Part shown: positions 57,831-64,000 of the stretch, piece after piece
Position numbering within the stretch: position 1 is the first letter of the stretch
Layout of the letters: every line of letters begins with the position of its first letter
Assembly (NCBI GenBank): GCA_965219455.1
Contig: OZ244744.1
Coordinates: 3,136,001 to 3,200,000 of the forward strand
DNA length: 64,000 bases
Direction: 5' to 3'
Origin: Candidatus Latescibacterota bacterium
GTDB lineage: Bacteria; Latescibacterota; UBA2968; GCA-2709665
Translations under genes and position numbers: made by a program
The notes under the pieces: model-generated
Databases searched by the model: none
What the model was told of the DNA's origin: nothing
Seen by the model: the letters and a program-made list of their open reading frames with translations, nothing else

Positions 57831-60095
57831 ATGTCCGAATTGCAACACGCGACAACGCAGCAGGAGCACCGCAACCGGACGCTGCTGGACGGTTCGCGAT
57901 ATCTGTCCGAAACCGTTACGTCCGAAGTTCTGCCACTACGTATCGACATCCGGCATACCGAGACATTGACGGAGACACAGGTCAACATTTTCACTGCCCT
58001 TCAGATCGATGCTGCCCGCACGGCCGTGCGTTCGCTGGCTTGCCTGGCCGAAATCGGCGAAGCGGATCACCTGGGCGGCGGCATCGGACTGATTCCCCCA
58101 TTGCTGCTCACCCTCGCGGTGGTCGACTTTGAACGCATCGAGTATACCATCGAACACGCCCATACCAGCGTCGGATATTATGCCGCGCTTTCCGCGTTGG
58201 GATTTGTCGAACCCGAACACGTCGTTTCCGACTTTCGCCGCGGCCTGGATCTTCCAGGCCACGTTTCATGGCTGTCGGGGGGCACGCAGATGAACGGCGG
58301 CCGCCTGGGTGTGATGATTCCCGTTGCGGTCGGCAACGCGCTGGGTAAACGCGGCGCCTTAGGCGGCGGATGCTGGGTGGTTGCCCACTGCGGAGACGCC
58401 GGCTGGATCTCGGGCCAGGCCCTCAACGGCTTCAACGCCGCGCAGGTTCACGGCGCGCCCGTCACGTTTGTGATGGACCGGAACGGCATCCAGCTTTCCG
58501 GCAGCACCCGGAGTATTCTTGACCGGGATCCCCGGTCCGTCATCGGCGCCATGGGCGTCGAAATCCTCGAAATTCCCACGCTCCACGATCCCGCCGGCCT
58601 TTACAGGGCGTACCGCGACGCGTACGTTCTCGCGCAGGAAGGCCGCCCCAGTCTGATTTATCCCGTCGGCTTCCGGTCCCGGCACGGCAGACGGATCGAC
58701 CTGTCGCATTTCGGCGAGTACCACGGTATTCTCGAAGAGGTCGAAGTCTTCGCCGCACGGCACGATGTGCCTCTGGACCATGAGATCTGGGTTCCCGGAT
58801 CGCTGATGAGTTACAGGGACGTGGAACCCATGCTGGAGTGCCTGTTCCTGGTGAACGAGCTCCCCGGCGGCGCCGGCCACCACGACGGGGGCATGAAGGG
58901 CCGAAACGAAGCGGACGTGCTCGCCAATCCCATGTTCCGGGCGACGCCCGGCCAGGCGGAAGCGCTCGAGAATCTGAAATCGCAGCCGGCGCACACGGAA
59001 ACAACCCACGCTCGACCCGCGCCCGGAAGCCCGAACCTGGTTCTGCCTGAAGGCGCGCTGGAGAGCGTCTCTTTGCCCGGTCCGGGTGAAATGAAGAGCG
59101 CCCGCGACGGCTCGGAAGCGGGCTACGCGCTCGTTGCGGAAACCTTTCCCGAAAAGGTCTTCGTGGTCAGTTGCGACCTGGACGCTTCCACCAAACTGGC
59201 CAAAGCCCGAAGCCACCTTACCAAAAATCACCAGTTCGAAATCAGTATCGAAGAACAGGCCGCGACCCTCATCGCCAACGGCCTGGCCACCAGTACACCG
59301 AACCCCCAACTGAACGTGGTGTCCACCTTCGCGGCGTTCTTTGAAGGCATTGCCCGCGAAGGCTTCGACATGTGGCAGTACCAGCGTAACCTGACGGGCG
59401 TAAACGAAGGCCTGAACGTGGCCTTTCATCTCTCTCACGTGGGCGCGTGTACGGGCCGAGACCACTTCTCCGGCTGGGGCCTGGACTGGATCAACGTGGG
59501 CCTCAACTACCTTCCGTACCTGCACCGGTTCTACGCCCCGTGCGACGCCCGGTCGGCCTTTCTTGCCGTGATCGATCTGGCCGCCAACTATGGCGGGCAC
59601 ATCATCGGTATTCCGCGGGACAACCTGCCCGTCCTCGAAAAACAGGACGGATCCGGCCCCCTCTGGGAGCCGGACGAGGAATGGCAACCCGTCACATCCT
59701 GCCGGTCATTTGCCGGCGCCAGGCGCGCGATCCTGGCGTTCGGCGCGCCGGCCTTCCTGGCTGCGGAGGCCGCGGACCGGCTGAATCAACGGGACGTAGG
59801 CGTCGACGTATACATCGTCAACGGCCTGCCGGTGCCGAGTGGACGCGTCGAATCGTTGATTTCGCGATACGCGGAGGGTGTCGTCACGATCGAAGACGGT
59901 AAGATCGGCACCCCCGATACCGGTCTCAGGGGGTTTGCGGGCCTGGTGGCCACCGCGGCTTCGTCCCGTGGCATTGCCCATGCGCACGTTGGCCTGACCG
60001 ATCCAAAAATCGCTCCGTCCGACGGGCATATGGAAACCTGGGCGCACTTCGGCATCACCACCGATGCGCTGGTCGACGCGGTTGAAGGGCTATAG
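57831..60095 (+). CDS. Divergent single-chain transketolase-family TPP enzyme
   Basis: DHLGG, LPGH, GDAG...DRN TPP motif, DLDAST, ISIEEQ, STFAAF. Confidence 0.8.
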   Translation: MSELQHATTQQEHRNRTLLDGSRYLSETVTSEVLPLRIDIRHTETLTETQVNIFTALQIDAARTAVRSLACLAEIGEADHLGGGIGLIPPLLLTLAVVDFERIEYTIEHAHTSVGYYAALSALGFVEPEHVVSDFRRGLDLPGHVSWLSGGTQMNGGRLGVMIPVAVGNALGKRGALGGGCWVVAHCGDAGWISGQALNGFNAAQVHGAPVTFVMDRNGIQLSGSTRSILDRDPRSVIGAMGVEILEIPTLHDPAGLYRAYRDAYVLAQEGRPSLIYPVGFRSRHGRRIDLSHFGEYHGILEEVEVFAARHDVPLDHEIWVPGSLMSYRDVEPMLECLFLVNELPGGAGHHDGGMKGRNEADVLANPMFRATPGQAEALENLKSQPAHTETTHARPAPGSPNLVLPEGALESVSLPGPGEMKSARDGSEAGYALVAETFPEKVFVVSCDLDASTKLAKARSHLTKNHQFEISIEEQAATLIANGLATSTPNPQLNVVSTFAAFFEGIAREGFDMWQYQRNLTGVNEGLNVAFHLSHVGACTGRDHFSGWGLDWINVGLNYLPYLHRFYAPCDARSAFLAVIDLAANYGGHIIGIPRDNLPVLEKQDGSGPLWEPDEEWQPVTSCRSFAGARRAILAFGAPAFLAAEAADRLNQRDVGVDVYIVNGLPVPSGRVESLISRYAEGVVTIEDGKIGTPDTGLRGFAGLVATAASSRGIAHAHVGLTDPKIAPSDGHMETWAHFGITTDALVDAVEGL

Positions 60096-60314
60096 TGTTT
60101 TCAACTGCGGAGGATATGCAACTGGCGGGGTGGGCGGAACTGGAGGCAGGGCGATTCGAGGGACGCCCAAAGATTGGCGGGCGCGTATTCTACAACGCCG
60201 TCGGGGGTAATCACGGACCTGATATCGCGTTGTTCATCGCTCGCGACAGACTTCTCGCGACACGCGCGGTCATTCCGCTTCGATCCGCTACCCGCAATAC
60301 GTCCTTTCCCACGG

Positions 60315-61640
60315 CTAAAAGATCCGGTAACTCAGACCCATATTGAAACTCTGCCGGGAATCTTCGCCTCGAACAACGCGAAAGGATTCGGATAGCGTCA
60401 TGTTGAATTTGTTTTCAATGAAAAAGCTGAGCGCAAAGGAAATATTCGTACTTAATTTGGCTTCTTCTTTTTCCCGCTTCTGCGCACGGATTATTTTCAG
60501 TGCCGCGAACCGGATCCTGTTCGTCACTTCATAGATGAAATCCGTCCTCAGGCGCAGGTTGTACCCCCTTCCGAAGGCCTTGGAAAACGGCGTATCGTAG
60601 CTGAGGTCGGTGTTGATCTGCGTACTCCAGCTGATCGGGTGGGAGTATCGAAAATTGATCAGCAGACCGGGCGGCCGCCGGTCCTGGTCATCGTAGGGAT
60701 TCAACATCTGAAACTGCACGCCCGTGGTGATGTCCCAGCCATAGAATCTCTTGCTGATCTGCTCCTGCGTCAACACTTCCTGTATCCGCACCAGGCCGAA
60801 TCCGATCTCGTCTCCCAGAACCCTGCGAGACTTCCTGATCTCGGCCAGCATGTCTTCGAACCAGTAGTTTTCGTACCGGTCTCCATGCAGTTCCTTGTAC
60901 TCTCTTTCCCTATCGATGATATGCGCCAGTTCAATCATCGTTTCCTTGGAGAAATGATCGCCGATGATGCCCTCCTCCAGGAAAAAATCCTCGATCCGCA
61001 CGGCTTTTCGAAGCGCGGTCGCGTCAATAAACCGGCCATGGCCGAAGCCCAGCGTCATCTCGATGTTGGGTCGATCGTATGTGGTATCGTAGTCCGAGTC
61101 CGTGCCCCACGAATAGAAGAAGCTGCCTTCATGCCGGTGGTATTTCTTCAGATTTGTCTTCAATTGGGTCAGGGCGTCGCTCTCCATTTCCTTGTTTATG
61201 ATCCTGAACAGGCCCTCGCCGATTGCGTCAACGGAGTAGGCGTACGGAAGCGACTCGTAGAACTTTTTGTAGACAACGATCACGTTACCATTCTGAATTA
61301 CGGTCTCGTCACCCTGGGTTGTGTAGTTGAAGCTGAGCGCGTCGACGCGCAGGTTATGCGCCCGGCTGACGGGCACCACGTAATCGGTGATCGATACGTT
61401 CTGCGCCGATACGTTCGAAACCGCGAACACGCTGATCGACGCCGGACTCACCAACAGCATCCGGAACAGGAAACGAACGTATCCCACCGGAAAACATGAA
61501 GACCGCCCCGGCATTGTCCTTCGCTTCCGATACGGCAGTCTCATATTGCACTCTGGTGCGAAACCGTGGCCGAAACGCGTCGCCCGGTCCACGATCACCT
61601 TCAGTATCTGATCTCGCCTTGCTCCTGTGTTTCCTGTCAT
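60315..61640 (-). CDS. Hypothetical secreted/outer-membrane beta-barrel-like protein (start uncertain)
   Basis: Signal-like segment ending VSA-Q; alternating beta-strand pattern; C-terminal LSYRIF. Confidence 0.65.
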   Translation of the reverse strand: MTGNTGARRDQILKVIVDRATRFGHGFAPECNMRLPYRKRRTMPGRSSCFPVGYVRFLFRMLLVSPASISVFAVSNVSAQNVSITDYVVPVSRAHNLRVDALSFNYTTQGDETVIQNGNVIVVYKKFYESLPYAYSVDAIGEGLFRIINKEMESDALTQLKTNLKKYHRHEGSFFYSWGTDSDYDTTYDRPNIEMTLGFGHGRFIDATALRKAVRIEDFFLEEGIIGDHFSKETMIELAHIIDREREYKELHGDRYENYWFEDMLAEIRKSRRVLGDEIGFGLVRIQEVLTQEQISKRFYGWDITTGVQFQMLNPYDDQDRRPPGLLINFRYSHPISWSTQINTDLSYDTPFSKAFGRGYNLRLRTDFIYEVTNRIRFAALKIIRAQKREKEEAKLSTNISFALSFFIENKFNMTLSESFRVVRGEDSRQSFNMGLSYRIF

Positions 61641-62410
61641 CGCTCGGTCCCCCTGTCCTGGTCTGAGGCATCGGCCTCGGAATCCATATCCGGTGAATCG
61701 GATCGCTCCATCAAGAAAGAAATGTCGTCGTAATCGGCCTTCACGTGCGCTTTCGTGTTGTCAGAATCCGTAAGCACGGCAACGGCTCCAACGAGCCGGG
61801 GGTCGCTACCGAAAAGGCGTTTGTAGTCTTCATAGGCGTTGACTTCCTCCCAGATCCATTTGCCCATCCTTCCCCGTCCGGATTGCAGGACGATCACTTT
61901 TGTATCCTTGCTGGCCGGGCTTTCCATCTCGGCACCCACCGGCAGCGTCGAGCTCCACACATACTTTAGCGTCTTGGGGATATATCGGCCCTTGAATACC
62001 AGCCTCACCGCCGCCGCGCTGTCGTTTGTGTTCTTGTGGGTTTCATTGCCGTCTGCCGGAAGGCTGTGCACCCGCCACCGCCACCTGAGCATTTTAAAGA
62101 CACGCAGGTTGATTCTTACGGGGCGGCCCGCATTCGTGGCCCTGCCGACGGTTTCGGCTCTCAGAAAGTGATCGCCGCCCTCTGCCTGGATCGTGTAATA
62201 CAGATCCTCTTTCTTCTTTGTTTTCTTCTGGCGCCAGCCCACCCTTCCTTCCCAGTTCCCGGGAAACCGCCCGAGTTGTTCGGGGTACTCGAATCGTTCC
62301 AGAATGAGAATGGAATCTCCCGAAGGCGTATAGAAATTCGGCGGCGGATCGCCCGCGTACGCCGACGATCCGATCAGAATCCCGACGATGATTTTATGGA
62401 TTCGTCTCAT
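61637..62410 (-). CDS. DUF3047-like periplasmic protein
   Basis: Signal peptide, LRWRWRV, DSAAAV, LKYVWSS, LTDSDNT. Confidence 0.78.
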   Translation of the reverse strand: MRRIHKIIVGILIGSSAYAGDPPPNFYTPSGDSILILERFEYPEQLGRFPGNWEGRVGWRQKKTKKKEDLYYTIQAEGGDHFLRAETVGRATNAGRPVRINLRVFKMLRWRWRVHSLPADGNETHKNTNDSAAAVRLVFKGRYIPKTLKYVWSSTLPVGAEMESPASKDTKVIVLQSGRGRMGKWIWEEVNAYEDYKRLFGSDPRLVGAVAVLTDSDNTKAHVKADYDDISFLMERSDSPDMDSEADASDQDRGTER

Positions 62411-62578
62411 AGGTGATTGGGTAAATTTGACTTCACGAAACGCCGCTGAACCGGGAAATCCGCAAGAGATTTGCAAGGGTTCCGGACGACCCGGTTATAG
62501 CTCACTGCGTGTTCAGGAAATATAGGAAATAGACTCTTCATGGTGTACAAAAAAGCCCGGAACGACCGGGTTCCGCGA

Positions 62579-62632
62579 CCCTTCGACCCTTCGACAGGCT
62601 CAGGGACCGCAAGCTCAGGGAGCGGCTCAGGG
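62579..62632. repeat. Nested CCCTTCGACAGGCTCAGGG-type repeat
   Basis: CCCTTCGA[CCCTTCGACAGGCTCAGGGACCG]CAAGCTCAGGG followed by a third GCTCAGGG. Confidence 0.7.
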
Positions 62633-62797
62633 TACAGGCATAAAGATACCGTCACAGAACTCGTTTCTGTGACGGTGACCATACCCTTCCCCATCATACA
62701 ACGGTCGCAACGCCAATTGAATTATGGAAAGTGCCGGCGCAGGGGCGGGAATGGGTTGGATCAGCGCGGACGCCGCCGCAAAATATCAACTACTGTG

Positions 62798-63931
62798 TTA
62801 CGTACCAAATTCCCGTGCGAATCGGATAAAATCGCCAAACCCGATGCGTCCGTCTCCGTCCAGGTCCAATCGAGTCTCGTAATCCACATCCCCTACCTGG
62901 GAACCGAACGCCTTTGCGAAAATCAGAAAGTCACCGAAATCAATCTGGCCGCTGCCGTCGAAATCCGCGGATCTTTCCCGGACACTAACGCTCACAAAAG
63001 GCAGCAAGCCTTCTCCGTAATTCCACCCCGTCCCCCAGGACACCGTCTTCGCCTCCGCATCCACCGAGCCCACGTGATACCACAAATCCAAACTGTTGTA
63101 CCCCTCGTGTACCTCCATTACAATACCGTTATCCAGCGCCACGTTGGGAGCCGTACCGCGATCGAATTCCATCGCCTTATCACCCCACTCGACGATCCTG
63201 CCCTCCACATCCAGAGCGCCCACGTGATACCACAGACGCCCTCCGTTGATCGACTCATGCATCTCCATGACCACGCCATCGTCCATATCCACGGAGGGCG
63301 TCTGGCCGCCATCGTATTCCTGAGCGTCGCCCCACTCAATGGACTTCGTCGTGGTATCCACGGTCCCCACACTATACCACAATCGCTCACCCTCTTCGGA
63401 CTGGTGGACTTCCACGACCATCCCGTCCGAAAGCGCTACCGATGGGAACCGACCCGCGTCGAATTTCTGAGCGTCGCCCCATACGATCGAATCGGCCGCG
63501 GTATCCACGATGCCCACGTGGTACCACAGGTTTGTGCCGACATGCGACTGGTGTACTTCCACCACCACCCGGCCGTCCAGCGCCACCACCGGGTACTGGC
63601 CCGCGTCGAACTTCCTCCCCGCGCCCCACCGGATCGCCTTTGTGTTCGCGTCGACCTTGCCAACTTTGTACCACAGATTCGTACCCTGATGAGACTGGTG
63701 AATCTCAATGACAAGCGCGCCGTCCACTGCAACGGACGGAAACTGGCCGTCGTCGTGCGCGCCCACCTCACCCCAGTCGACCGTCTCTGACTCCGCGTCG
63801 ATCACGCCGACACGGTACCGCAATTCAGTCTCCAATTCCTCCTGGTGCATCTCCACAACCACGTCGGCCGCCGGAATCGACACCCCCCGCAGGAGAACGA
63901 ACAGAAAGATCGCATTCCGGAAGAAGCGCAT
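62798..63931 (-). CDS. Secreted six-repeat (probable beta-propeller) protein with C-terminal dockerin-like domain
   Basis: Six ~49-aa repeats VEVH...LWYHVG.VD....WG...D.G..P.V; ADFDGSGQIDFGDF...DLDGDGRIGFGDF. Confidence 0.85.
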   Translation of the reverse strand: MRFFRNAIFLFVLLRGVSIPAADVVVEMHQEELETELRYRVGVIDAESETVDWGEVGAHDDGQFPSVAVDGALVIEIHQSHQGTNLWYKVGKVDANTKAIRWGAGRKFDAGQYPVVALDGRVVVEVHQSHVGTNLWYHVGIVDTAADSIVWGDAQKFDAGRFPSVALSDGMVVEVHQSEEGERLWYSVGTVDTTTKSIEWGDAQEYDGGQTPSVDMDDGVVMEMHESINGGRLWYHVGALDVEGRIVEWGDKAMEFDRGTAPNVALDNGIVMEVHEGYNSLDLWYHVGSVDAEAKTVSWGTGWNYGEGLLPFVSVSVRERSADFDGSGQIDFGDFLIFAKAFGSQVGDVDYETRLDLDGDGRIGFGDFIRFAREFGT

Positions 63932-64000
63932 GCCGTTCCTCCAAACTATCGTGGCGTGAATCGTCGTCGCGTGAACCGCTGCCTCATCCCATCCCGTACA

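Noticed and set aside
1-64000. tRNA, rRNA, riboswitch or prophage genes
   Set aside because: None recognised by eye; a covariance-model search would be needed to exclude small RNAs.

Overview
GC-rich bacterial window. The cohesin/dockerin-like, cadherin/FN3/LRR giant surface proteins, PhyH enzymes, sulfatase and amidohydrolases suggest, by inference, a Latescibacterota/Poribacteria-like, possibly sponge-associated lineage. Main parts: catabolic genes; a His-leader attenuator controlling methyltransferase-hisI-hisG; two giant paralogous surface proteins with a shared stalk and different C-terminal tips; and intergenic regions full of nested palindromic repeats. A 16.3-kb block (36.5-52.9 kb) lies between a dimethylglycine dehydrogenase-like gene and a betaine-homocysteine methyltransferase-like gene. 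That block is built around a REP-associated tyrosine transposase (RAYT). It contains at least six degenerate copies of the RAYT's own HUH-coding segment, each ending in a REP palindrome. Toxin-antitoxin modules and an 11-kb defence island (ABC ATPase + DUF4276-like, MmeI-like, GHKL nuclease + C5 MTase + Vsr, hypothetical + SIR2 stub, DUF4268-like) lie between these units. This RAYT-derived, cargo-holding array is the best candidate for an undescribed system. All calls are from reading motifs by eye; no database search was run.
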